64,000 bases of DNA from an uncultured virus (IMG/VR IMGVR_UViG_3300027985_001690) (IMGVR_UViG_3300027985_001690); one strand, 5' to 3'. Shown: positions 10,237-18,283, counted from the stretch's first letter. The notes: a model not told the origin generated them from the letters alone. Numbers and translations are program-made.

Positions 10237-10971
10237 ATGAAAGCAAAACGATCGGGACAAGGTGAGACGGATTCGAAGAAGAAGCAGTACTCAAAGCCAG
10301 AGATCAAGGTCAAGCCCACGCCCGGCGGGGTCACCACGAAGGTGGTGGCGCAGAAGGCTCCCAAGGGAAAGGAGAAGAAGGACGAGCAGATCACCCTGCT
10401 CGCGATGGACATTCGGCGCGTCGTCATTCCGATCGTCGGAATCTCGCAGCTGATCGTCAATAACTGGTCGCAGAAGTCCCTGCAGATGATTCGGGACACG
10501 CAGCAGAAGAAGGCCAAGACCGCGCGCGAGGCCAAGAACCCCGAGGCAGACTTCGAGGCAGCGAAGTACAAGAACGAGAACGGGGAGGACTGCGTGCCCG
10601 CCGGGGCCTTCAAGAATGCGATCGTCGCCGCAGCTCGGTACAACGACGCGAAGATGACGGTGCTCCGGGGAGCGCTGTTCGTGGTGGGCGACCTCATTCC
10701 CATCGAGTTCGAGACGTGCACGATGCGCGAGGACCCCGTCCGCGTGGGCATGGGCAAGACCGACCTTCGATACCGCCCCGGGTACTCGGGCTGGAGCGTG
10801 GACCTGACGATCGAATACAACGCGAACGTCATCTCGATCGAGCAGCTGATCAACCTGGTGAAGCTCGCCGGGTTCTCGGTCGGAATCTGCGAGTGGCGCC
10901 CGGAAAAGAACGGCCAGTTCGGTCGATTCGAGATCGCCACCGAGAACCTCACCGAAACGTCGAGGTCATGA
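10237..10971 (+). CDS. RAMP/Cas7-like RNA-binding protein (stand-alone phage RAMP; Vipr-like)
   Basis: RRM/RAMP hallmarks: VIPIVGISQLIVN strand, VPAGAFKNAIVAAA helix, DLRYRP..WSVDLTIEY, and a C-terminal Gly-rich loop AGFSVGICEWRPEKNGQFGRF; RBS GGAGG. Confidence 0.75.
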   Translation: MKAKRSGQGETDSKKKQYSKPEIKVKPTPGGVTTKVVAQKAPKGKEKKDEQITLLAMDIRRVVIPIVGISQLIVNNWSQKSLQMIRDTQQKKAKTAREAKNPEADFEAAKYKNENGEDCVPAGAFKNAIVAAARYNDAKMTVLRGALFVVGDLIPIEFETCTMREDPVRVGMGKTDLRYRPGYSGWSVDLTIEYNANVISIEQLINLVKLAGFSVGICEWRPEKNGQFGRFEIATENLTETSRS

Positions 10972-11136
10972 TGAAACCCGGCCCTTCCGACGATGGGAAG
11001 GGTGTCCGCACGGCGCCGGCTCGACAAGCAGCTTCATCTCGACCGAATGGATCCCAAGTCCGTACCGGACGCCGAGGAGCTACCACCCGGCTGATTCCGA
11101 GTAGCACCGAGGCACGCCGCGTAGTATCATTGGCGG

Positions 11137-11796
11137 ATGAGCGCCGCCGTCAAATTCGATCAAGACCAGGAGAGCAGACTTCGCGAGGCTATTCGAGGCC
11201 TCGAGGAGTCGGGCGACTTGTCCGCGGGCAGCCTGCTCGAGCTCGCTAGGCCGGACGACAGCGACATCCACGACTGCTTCGAGTGGCAGGACGAGGTCGC
11301 CGCCGAACACTTCCGGATGCACCAGGCGCGGACCTACATCCGGACGATCCGGATCAACGTCCAGCACGTCGAGGCTACCGACCGAAAGCTTCGCATCGTC
11401 GAGGCTCCCAAGCCTGCTCCTGTTGCCACGCCGGAGGCGCCAGCGTCTCCGCCCCCGACCACCGTCGAGCTCATGGTTGGGAAGGCCAGGGAGGACCTCA
11501 AGCTCTTTCACCAGAAGTACCGATTCCTTCGCAACTCGTCGACGGAGTTCGTCGACCTGTTCGACCTGATCGAGCAGCTCGTGGAGCGGTGGGAGGCCCC
11601 GACCCATCCAGCCCTGGTATCGCCCATCGTGACATCAAGCCCGAGGCCTATCCCGGAGCCGGCGCCGGCGCTGGCAACCCGGGCGGACGCGCCCAAACCC
11701 AAGGTGAAACGCGCACCAAGGCGGGGACCATCCAAGGTGGTGGTCCCGGAGGTCCTCCGTCGAGAGAACCTGCCGATGCGCCCGCCTGGTCGCTGA
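11137..11796 (+). CDS. conserved phage protein that often accompanies stand-alone RAMP genes
   Basis: LSAGSLLELARPDDSDIHDCFEWQDEVAAEHFRMHQARTYIRTIR matches the recurrent phage motif LT.E.VV..A....SPLH..FEWDD..AA..YR..QAR.LI. Confidence 0.65.
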   Translation: MSAAVKFDQDQESRLREAIRGLEESGDLSAGSLLELARPDDSDIHDCFEWQDEVAAEHFRMHQARTYIRTIRINVQHVEATDRKLRIVEAPKPAPVATPEAPASPPPTTVELMVGKAREDLKLFHQKYRFLRNSSTEFVDLFDLIEQLVERWEAPTHPALVSPIVTSSPRPIPEPAPALATRADAPKPKVKRAPRRGPSKVVVPEVLRRENLPMRPPGR

Positions 11797-11846
11797 TCGT
11801 TGGCCGCGGCTCTCTCCTGGGGTATCCTCCCGTCAGGAGAAAACAA

Positions 11847-12617
11847 ATGTGGGTACCAGTCCTTCTCGCCGGCGCTGCCATCGCCGGAATCCTGATCGCC
11901 AAGAAGATGTCCGAGGGTGGCAGCGTCCAGCTGCAGGACGCTCCGCCCCCGGGAACACCGGACGTGCCGAGGCCTCCGCCAGGCGTGATCAACATCTCCG
12001 CCTCGCAACCCGAGACGTTCATGGCCGCGGGCGCGGACGTGCCGGCGGAACTCGTTTGGGTTCGGTTCGTCGCCATGAGCCTCGCCCACCCGGACAGAAC
12101 CTATGTCGGTCTGAAGTCGTTCCCCTCGCTCGAGCTCGCGACCAAGTACTACGAAGCCATGGGCATGTTTTTCGAGCAGTACCACAGTTGGTGGACGTGC
12201 CCGGGTGGAACCGTCGAGATTGACCTTTGGGGCTTCGGAAATGGGGACACCATTCCCAGGTCATTCGACCGACACACCTTTTCCTGCGCCGACCTCGAGG
12301 TTGCACAGGGAGCATCGGTCGAACAGCGCCCACCGGACCCGCCGACAGCCGTCGGTTTGGCCCCGACGATCCCCCTGTACATCGTGATGATGACTATCTC
12401 TGGCTCGGTCAACACGGGTGAGCAGTTCACATTCCGCTCGGACGCCGAGGCAGAGACCTACTATCGTCTCCTCAAAGCGTTCTTCGACCAGAGCGTCATC
12501 CGCCAGGCCTACACCTTCCCAGTCGGCTCGATCGTCTTGCTCAAGTACGGGACGAAGCCGTCCGTCAGCCGCGCCGCGGTGTACTCCGAGGGAGGCCTCA
12601 TCGGGGAAGAGCCGTGA
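11847..12617 (+). CDS. membrane-anchored hypothetical protein
   Basis: ATG at 11847 after AGGAG; N-terminal TM segment MWVPVLLAGAAIAGILIAKK. Confidence 0.6.
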   Translation: MWVPVLLAGAAIAGILIAKKMSEGGSVQLQDAPPPGTPDVPRPPPGVINISASQPETFMAAGADVPAELVWVRFVAMSLAHPDRTYVGLKSFPSLELATKYYEAMGMFFEQYHSWWTCPGGTVEIDLWGFGNGDTIPRSFDRHTFSCADLEVAQGASVEQRPPDPPTAVGLAPTIPLYIVMMTISGSVNTGEQFTFRSDAEAETYYRLLKAFFDQSVIRQAYTFPVGSIVLLKYGTKPSVSRAAVYSEGGLIGEEP

Positions 12618-13195
12618 TGTGGCCCGTCGTCGCCGGAGGACTCCTCGGAGGCCTTCTCGTGGCGCTGTGGCCCCGTTCGTCCAGGGCCGGCGCTCTGCCG
12701 TCCACCACCGGGCCCAGGACCTGGCGGGACGACATGATGGATTGCGTCCGCGCCCATGCCGCCGCGGGGACCCTCTACCAATGGGGCGGGGGTCACGGGT
12801 GGCAGGACCCGGAGTACGGGGTCGACTGCTCAGGGCTGGTCTGCCAGTGCGCGCGACGCGCCGGCATCGACCTGTGGATGACCGCCGACATGATGTACAA
12901 GGAGCTCCCAGAGGTGCTGGAGCCCCAGCCCGGGGACGTCGCCCTCTACGGGAGTCCGTCACGAGCCATTCACGTACGTGTCGTGGATGAATGGTTCCCC
13001 GCGGAGGGGCGGGCGGCTACCATCGGCGCCGAGGGCGGCGGAAGCAAGGTGAACGATCCGGAGGAGGCCAAGCGCATCGACGCGAGGGTCAAAAGGTTCA
13101 GCGATCATCGGTTCGCGAACTTCCTCGGCTTCAGAACCCTCGAGGGATACGAGCGCGCCGCTGTCCAATCCAGGATGTGGCACGGAGCCGGTTGA
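12614..13195 (+). CDS. NlpC/P60 family cell-wall peptidase with N-terminal membrane anchor
   Basis: YQWGG...GVDCSGLV (catalytic Cys), PQPGDVALYG, AIHV (His). Confidence 0.85.
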   Translation: MMWPVVAGGLLGGLLVALWPRSSRAGALPSTTGPRTWRDDMMDCVRAHAAAGTLYQWGGGHGWQDPEYGVDCSGLVCQCARRAGIDLWMTADMMYKELPEVLEPQPGDVALYGSPSRAIHVRVVDEWFPAEGRAATIGAEGGGSKVNDPEEAKRIDARVKRFSDHRFANFLGFRTLEGYERAAVQSRMWHGAG

Positions 13196-13220
13196 CATCG
13201 CCGCCGGCGTCTGTCACCAT
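13192..13220 (+). promoter_or_regulatory. sigma70-like promoter candidate
   Basis: TTGACA (13192-13197), a 17-nt spacer, then CACCAT. Confidence 0.4.
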
Positions 13221-13253
13221 CCTCGAGTCATAGGCATCAGGCTTCCTCTGTTC

Positions 13254-13293
13254 GGACCGCAGGAATTGACCTCTCCTGCGGTCCTCCTCTTTT
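13254..13293 (+). terminator. intrinsic terminator-like hairpin
   Basis: Perfect 11-bp stem GGACCGCAGGA / TCCTGCGGTCC with a 9-nt loop, followed by TCCTCTTTT. Confidence 0.55.
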
Positions 13294-13580
13294 GTGGTTT
13301 CGATCTCGACGTTCGGCCTTCTTCGCATTGCGGTTCATACGGCGCGCGGCGAGGTGCTTCTTGACGACGGAGTCCTCTTTGACGCGCTTTGGCTCCGACC
13401 GGACGAAAGACGGCCACGGGTGAACCTCGGGCTCCCGCGGTCTCTCGATCGTTGCCGATGGGCCGTTGTACCCGATTGACGCGAGCGCGCACGCTGTTGC
13501 AGCTAGGATCCGACTCCGGTTGTTCATCCATTCACCATAGCACGCTTGCCGCGGGCCGGGTTCTGCGGGAAGATCTGTGG

Positions 13581-14084
13581 ATGCCGATCTTCGACCCATC
13601 CAAGACCAACAAGCACTACGTCGACACCGGGGCCTTCAAGTCCAAGTCCGGGTTTGGTTCCGGGTCTGGGTCGGCATACGGAGTTGTGCCTCTGGCGCCG
13701 TTCCCAACGTACCCACAGGCATCGCCGTCGTCCTCGGCTCAGCCGGTAAGCCCCTCGAGCCCACCAGCGCAGCCAGCGCAGCCTCTGGCACCGGCGATGC
13801 CCAAGTCGCCGACGTCTCCGCCAGCGTACGTAGCGTCTCCAGGGGCGTCATCTACACCCGTCCAGGCCCAGCCTTCCGCGTCCGCGTCCGGGTCCGAGTC
13901 GCCAGCGCCCATACCGTACCAGCCGACGAGGCCTCCGGCTCCTGACCAGTCGTTTCCTCCATCTGCCTACCCGCCCGCGGCCACCGAGTCGACCTCGAGC
14001 TCGAGCTCCGGATTGCTCGTTCTGGGGGCCGTCCTTCTTCTCGGAATCGGAGTTGTCATCGTTGGATCTTCGTCGGACGCTTGA
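13581..14084 (+). CDS. Pro/Ser-rich protein with C-terminal transmembrane anchor
   Basis: MPIFDPSK..., low-complexity P/S/A body, GLLVLGAVLLLGIGVVIVG. Confidence 0.6.
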   Translation: MPIFDPSKTNKHYVDTGAFKSKSGFGSGSGSAYGVVPLAPFPTYPQASPSSSAQPVSPSSPPAQPAQPLAPAMPKSPTSPPAYVASPGASSTPVQAQPSASASGSESPAPIPYQPTRPPAPDQSFPPSAYPPAATESTSSSSSGLLVLGAVLLLGIGVVIVGSSSDA

Positions 14085-14102
14085 ACTCGATCGGTGGGAG
14101 TA

Positions 14103-15536
14103 GCCTCGAACTCGACGGCGTCGAGATGCCGTTGACAACAGCGTGCACGAAGCATCCGTCTCGAACCGAAAGGCGTCGAGATGCCTTTGGACCACGGTGC
14201 CGTTGGAGGCCAGTCGGATAGCCGTCAGCTAACATGGGGATCTGCTCGTCTCGAGCTCGAAGGCGTCGAGATGCCGTTGGGACTCCACCTTGTTTTCCCT
14301 GCGTCTGAGGGTGCGTCCGGTCTCGAACTCGAAGGCGTCGAGATGCCGTTGTAACACGCGCAGCCGTTGGGGGCCGACGGAAAGACCCTGCCGTCTCGAA
14401 CTGGAAGGCGTCGAGATGCCGTTGAAACACATCGAACTGTCTCGAACTGGAAGGCGTCGAGATGCCGTTGGGAACATCGTCAGATCGGCGGCAGGACTCG
14501 GAGCATTGCTCGTCTCGAACTCGAAGGCGTCGAGATGCCGTTGGGACCCAGACGTCCGAATCGGTGGAACGCCTCAACGCGATGGGTCTCGAACCGAAAG
14601 GCGTCGAGATGCCGTTGTGACTGGCCGCGCGGCGCTTCGATCGCCGGAAGGTTGGCCGTCTCGAACTGGAAGGCGTCGAGATGCCGTTGTTGACGCGCAA
14701 TCGACGACAAGAGCGGTCTCGAACTGGAAGGCGTCGAGATGCCGTTGAAACACATCGAACTGTCTCGAACTGGGAAGGCCTCCTCGTCTCGAACTGGAAG
14801 GCGTCGAGATGCCGTTGGGACATGCTTGGCAGTGGCTATGATGAGAGTCTGCACTGCAGTCTCGAGCTGAAGGCGTCGAGATGCCGTTGGACCACGGTAC
14901 GGCGACCATGAACTGTCTCGAACTAGAAGGCGTCGAGATGCCGTTGTGACGATGACTTGGGGCGCCGCGATGTCGACGACGTCTACAGTCTCGAACTGGA
15001 AGGCGTCGAGATGCCGTTGTGACTGCCTCCTTGTCGGCTGGTCCAAACACTGGGGGCGGGTGTCTCGAACTCGAAGGCGTCATATGCCGTTGTGACACGG
15101 GACGAGAAATCGGCGGGCGAGGAACCAAAGCAGGTCTCGAACTGGAAGGCGTCGAGATGCCGTTGGGACCCAGACGTCCTGACGATGAAGGGGCGCCTCG
15201 ATGACGTCTCGAACTGGAAGGCGTCGAGATGCCGTTGGGACGCGCTGCATAGGCGAGTGCTGCACGGGTGAGATGTGTGGTCTCGAACTGGAAGGCGTCG
15301 AGATGCCGTTGGGACTTAATCATGCCGGTCATGTGGGGCGTCTTTTTGAGGGGTCTCGAACTGGAAGGCGTCGAGATGCCGTTGGGACTGGCCCGAGCCA
15401 GGGGTTGGACGTGGCCACGGGCAGCCAGTCTCGAACTGGAAGGCGTCGAGATGCCGTTGGGACGAGGCGGAGGCTGGGTGAGCAGAGTGTCCGAGTCCCA
15501 GTCTCGAACTGGAAGGCGTCGAGATGCCGTTGGGAC
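14103..15536 (-). CRISPR. CRISPR array, ~22 repeats (one truncated), 36-bp repeat GTCCCAACGGCATCTCGACGCCTTCCAGTTCGAGAC on the minus strand
   Basis: Plus-strand repeat GTCTCGAACTGGAAGGCGTCGAGATGCCGTTG(G/T)GAC starts at 14103, 14158, 14248, 14320, 14393, 14439, 14512, 14586, 14658, 14716, 14762 (partial), 14786, 14859, 14915, 14988, 15062, 15134, 15206, 15280, 15353, 15428 and 15501. Most spacers are 36-39 nt. Repeats are identical at the right end and degenerate at the left, from which the orientation is inferred. Confidence 0.97.
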
Positions 15537-15543
15537 GGATGGG

Positions 15544-16002
15544 TCACGTTGCCAATGATTCCGTGTGGTTGGGGACCGAATTGCGAGCGGTGTCCATGCG
15601 CGCCAGTTTCTCTGCTCTCTTCCTCGCCACACGATCGTACCTGGACTCCTTGGGTTGGCCGTTTTCGTCGAGTTTGTCGACGTTTCGAGCGCTCCCCACG
15701 ATCTTCGAATGACCTGGGCTCTCGCAGTGGATCTTGAGCATGTTCTTGGCTGCGTTCTCGTCCTGGTCCCACCTGGCGCCGCACTGAGAGCACGTGTGAT
15801 AGATGGATGCCTCCGCGTCGAAATCCTCCAAGCTACCGCAAGCGTGACATGTCTTTGTCACGGGAGACCTGTTTGCCACGCTGTATATGAGCTCGTTGAG
15901 CGCGGACTTGCTTGCCATCACCAGGAACAGCAGAACCAGCAGGCACGGTCCGCCCACCATGATCGCTGCGATCTTCACGCACGCTTCAGGCCACATCATC
16001 AC
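15544..16002 (-). pseudogene. truncated TnpB/Cas12 (type V-U/V-M-like) C-terminal fragment fused to a hydrophobic N-terminus
   Basis: TKTCHACG...HTCSQCGARWDQDENAAKNML is a zinc ribbon plus RuvC-III motif (DxDxNAAxN). RuvC-I/II and REC regions are absent. The stop codon is 7 nt from the first CRISPR repeat. Confidence 0.75.
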
Positions 16003-16760
16003 TTCACCAAGTCCAGTTGGTTGTTTGATTTCTTACGAGCAGATTTACGACGAGCTATGTCCCGATCAAGGGACGCAACCATGCGCGAAGCCGCAGCGAA
16101 AGCTGCAGTTCCTTGCGCTCGGGTCGCGCTCTCCCATGCAGCTCCCTTCTCGTTCCGGTATCCGACCTCCTTTCGGACGGCGTCGTCGACTCGACGGTAG
16201 ATCGTAAGCTTCGTTCCGTCGGCGCCGAGTTGAATGTGCTTGTCTCGGATCGCGATGAACATTCCACGAAGCGCCTTCGCGTCTCGCTTCCCAAGCAAAC
16301 CATAGGGGTGTTCGCGTTCTCGTTCCGTTCTCCATTCGGTGAGTGCCTGTACCTGGGAGGCAAGCGCTCCGATCGTCTTCCCCTGTGCCTCCAGCATGCC
16401 GAGCAAGCGGATCGTGAACGCCTCTTCATGTCCCGGTGCTACGTAGCCGCCGGTCTTGCGTATCGACGGAAGCACCTCGTGGTTGACCCAACGGCGGAAT
16501 CGCTTGGCGGATGGCTTGCGACTCCGACCGATGAGAGCGTAGAGACCAGCCTCGGTCACGGTCGCCATTTCCTGCGGACCGCCATGGGTGTCAACAATCC
16601 TTACCCCCTTCTCATCGTCATCCAGAGCCCCCAGTGCCATACGGCTGTTGGTCAACTCCAGAACCTCGCACACGTCCTTCGCGACCCATTCGGTTCCGAC
16701 CTCCGTCTCGATCTGGCGAACGGCGTGGCCTTCGAAGTCCAGCTTGATGATGTTCGACAT
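15999..16760 (-). CDS. BRO-N domain phage antirepressor
   Basis: FEGHAVR...WVAKDVCEVLELTNSR...LDDDEKG...GGPQEMATVTEAGLYALIGRSRKPSAKRFRRWVNHEVLPSIRKTGGY. Confidence 0.92.
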   Translation of the reverse strand: MSNIIKLDFEGHAVRQIETEVGTEWVAKDVCEVLELTNSRMALGALDDDEKGVRIVDTHGGPQEMATVTEAGLYALIGRSRKPSAKRFRRWVNHEVLPSIRKTGGYVAPGHEEAFTIRLLGMLEAQGKTIGALASQVQALTEWRTEREREHPYGLLGKRDAKALRGMFIAIRDKHIQLGADGTKLTIYRRVDDAVRKEVGYRNEKGAAWESATRAQGTAAFAAASRMVASLDRDIARRKSARKKSNNQLDLVK

Positions 16761-16781
16761 CCACAGACCTCCTCGTGCAAC

Positions 16782-17813
16782 CTATTTCCGATCCTTGTAC
16801 GGAACCTTCAGCATTTCCGCGGCGCGCTTTCGAGTCTTCTCGCCTCTCCGATCGTACCTGGCTGTGGTGTTCGGGGAGGAATGGCCCACGAGCTTCTGCA
16901 CCGTCGCGATGTCCACCCCGTTTTCGAGCATGTCGCCGATGTACGTCCGTCGGAAATCGTGGGGCGTCATGTGCTTCACCCCGGTGGCGAGCTCGATCCT
17001 GGCGATGCACTTTCGGATCGCGTCGTCGGAGATGCCCTTCGAACCTCTCTTGGTCAACACGCCGTGCTTGCTGATTCCGACGAACAGTGGACCCGGCGCG
17101 TCCCCTCGGACCTCGAGCCACCTGGCGATCGCCTTCGCCGCTCCCGGGGGCAGGTAGGTGATTCTCTCCTTGTTGCCCTTGCCGATGAGCCGGACCGACG
17201 GGGCTTCGATATCCAACTCGTGGAGCTGCACGGAGGCGACCTCCGACCTACGGAGTCCACACCCGTACAGAAGCGACAGGATGGCGGCGTCCCGGACCCC
17301 CGACAGGCTGTCCCCGCAGACGTCGAAGAGCTTCTGCACCTCGTCGAACCGGATGTGCCTCCCGGCCTGAACGCGGCTCCCCTTCACCCCTTTGACGCTC
17401 CTGGCGCGCTGGTAGTTGTCGGTGGAGATCTTGCGCTGCTTCCATGCGACCTCGAGGACCCCGCGCACCGCCGACAGGGTGTGGTTGGCCGTGTTGGGCG
17501 AGCAGCTGGACGACAGCCTGGCACGAATCACCTGCATGTGGCGGTACCGAATCTTCTCCCATGGGAAGTCCTCGACCCGGACGAGCTCATTCTCGATGCG
17601 GAACCCCAACACACGCACGACCCGCTTCAGAGCACCGTAGATCGACGCCCGGCTCTTCTCTGACCCCAACGACGCCATGTACACGGCCACGCAGGACCCG
17701 CCCTCCTCCTCGGAGGTTTTCCGCCTGGTGATCTCGGGCGCCGGCGGGCGAACGGCGAGGGCGCTTCCTGGGCGCTTGGTCGACCGCCTGGTTCGGGTCC
17801 GCTTCTTCATCAT
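16782..17813 (-). CDS. tyrosine recombinase/integrase (XerC/D-like)
   Basis: RDAAILSLLYGCGLRRSE (R), GKGNKER (K), TPHDFRRT (HxxR), LVGHS..TTARY (H, Y). Confidence 0.93.
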   Translation of the reverse strand: MMKKRTRTRRSTKRPGSALAVRPPAPEITRRKTSEEEGGSCVAVYMASLGSEKSRASIYGALKRVVRVLGFRIENELVRVEDFPWEKIRYRHMQVIRARLSSSCSPNTANHTLSAVRGVLEVAWKQRKISTDNYQRARSVKGVKGSRVQAGRHIRFDEVQKLFDVCGDSLSGVRDAAILSLLYGCGLRRSEVASVQLHELDIEAPSVRLIGKGNKERITYLPPGAAKAIARWLEVRGDAPGPLFVGISKHGVLTKRGSKGISDDAIRKCIARIELATGVKHMTPHDFRRTYIGDMLENGVDIATVQKLVGHSSPNTTARYDRRGEKTRKRAAEMLKVPYKDRK

Positions 17814-18283
17814 CGCTTCGCGTCGGCTCGCTTCCATAGCTTGAGCATTTCCCGCCGATCCTTTCGAGTCAACCGGACCCGCTTGTCGACGACGCTGACG
17901 ACCGTGGCCGAGGCGCACGTCCAGGATGGGAACGGATCCTCGTCCGATCTCTCGATGATGCCGATGGGCTCCACGACGTACAGACTGCCGTGGCTCCGGG
18001 CGGCGTACCACCTCGCGTACTTCATGTGGTTGGTGATGTAGACGGCCTGGCGGGCGGACGGGGGATCGATCGCTTCCGACGCGTCCACCCCCTCCAGCCC
18101 CTCAAGGATGGGTCGAGCCTTCGGTCCCATACGGGAGAGCCATAGACGGTACTCGCCGACCGTGCACACCCGGCCAGCCGCCCGAGCGACGCAGATCGGA
18201 CAACCATCGTGAACGTGCGGTGGCGCCGGGACCAGGATATCACCCGGCGCCTTTCCCGCGATGCCTCCGTGGAAGTAGCTCAC
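17810..18283 (-). CDS. Arr-like ADP-ribosyltransferase with Cys insertion
   Basis: YFHGG...PGDILVP...VYITN...ARWYA...GSLYVVEPIG matches the H-Y-type ART core of the Arr family; contains a CPIC insert. Confidence 0.65.
   Translation of the reverse strand: MSYFHGGIAGKAPGDILVPAPPHVHDGCPICVARAAGRVCTVGEYRLWLSRMGPKARPILEGLEGVDASEAIDPPSARQAVYITNHMKYARWYAARSHGSLYVVEPIGIIERSDEDPFPSWTCASATVVSVVDKRVRLTRKDRREMLKLWKRADAKR

Noticed and set aside
9518..10294. ORFs on both strands across the pentamer array (e.g. 9520-9813, 9569-9991, 9875-10294)
   Set aside because: Their low-complexity translations (RQGSRG/ARQS/TTA repeats) are by-products of a 5-nt periodic repeat that does not keep the reading frame.
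14103..15536. Self-targeting spacers within this window
   Set aside because: No match was noticed by eye; an alignment is needed, so none is claimed.
14056..15737. ORFs overlapping the CRISPR array (e.g. 14574-15632)
   Set aside because: Their recurring peptides (TASRRL, NGISTP, QRHLDAF) are translations of the repeat.
15544..16002. Intact IS200/IS605 transposon or functional Cas12 nuclease
   Set aside because: No TnpA, RuvC-I/II or recognition lobe is present; the upstream DNA is the BRO gene.
16113..17663. 516-aa plus-strand ORF
   Set aside because: Antisense to the well-supported BRO and integrase genes.
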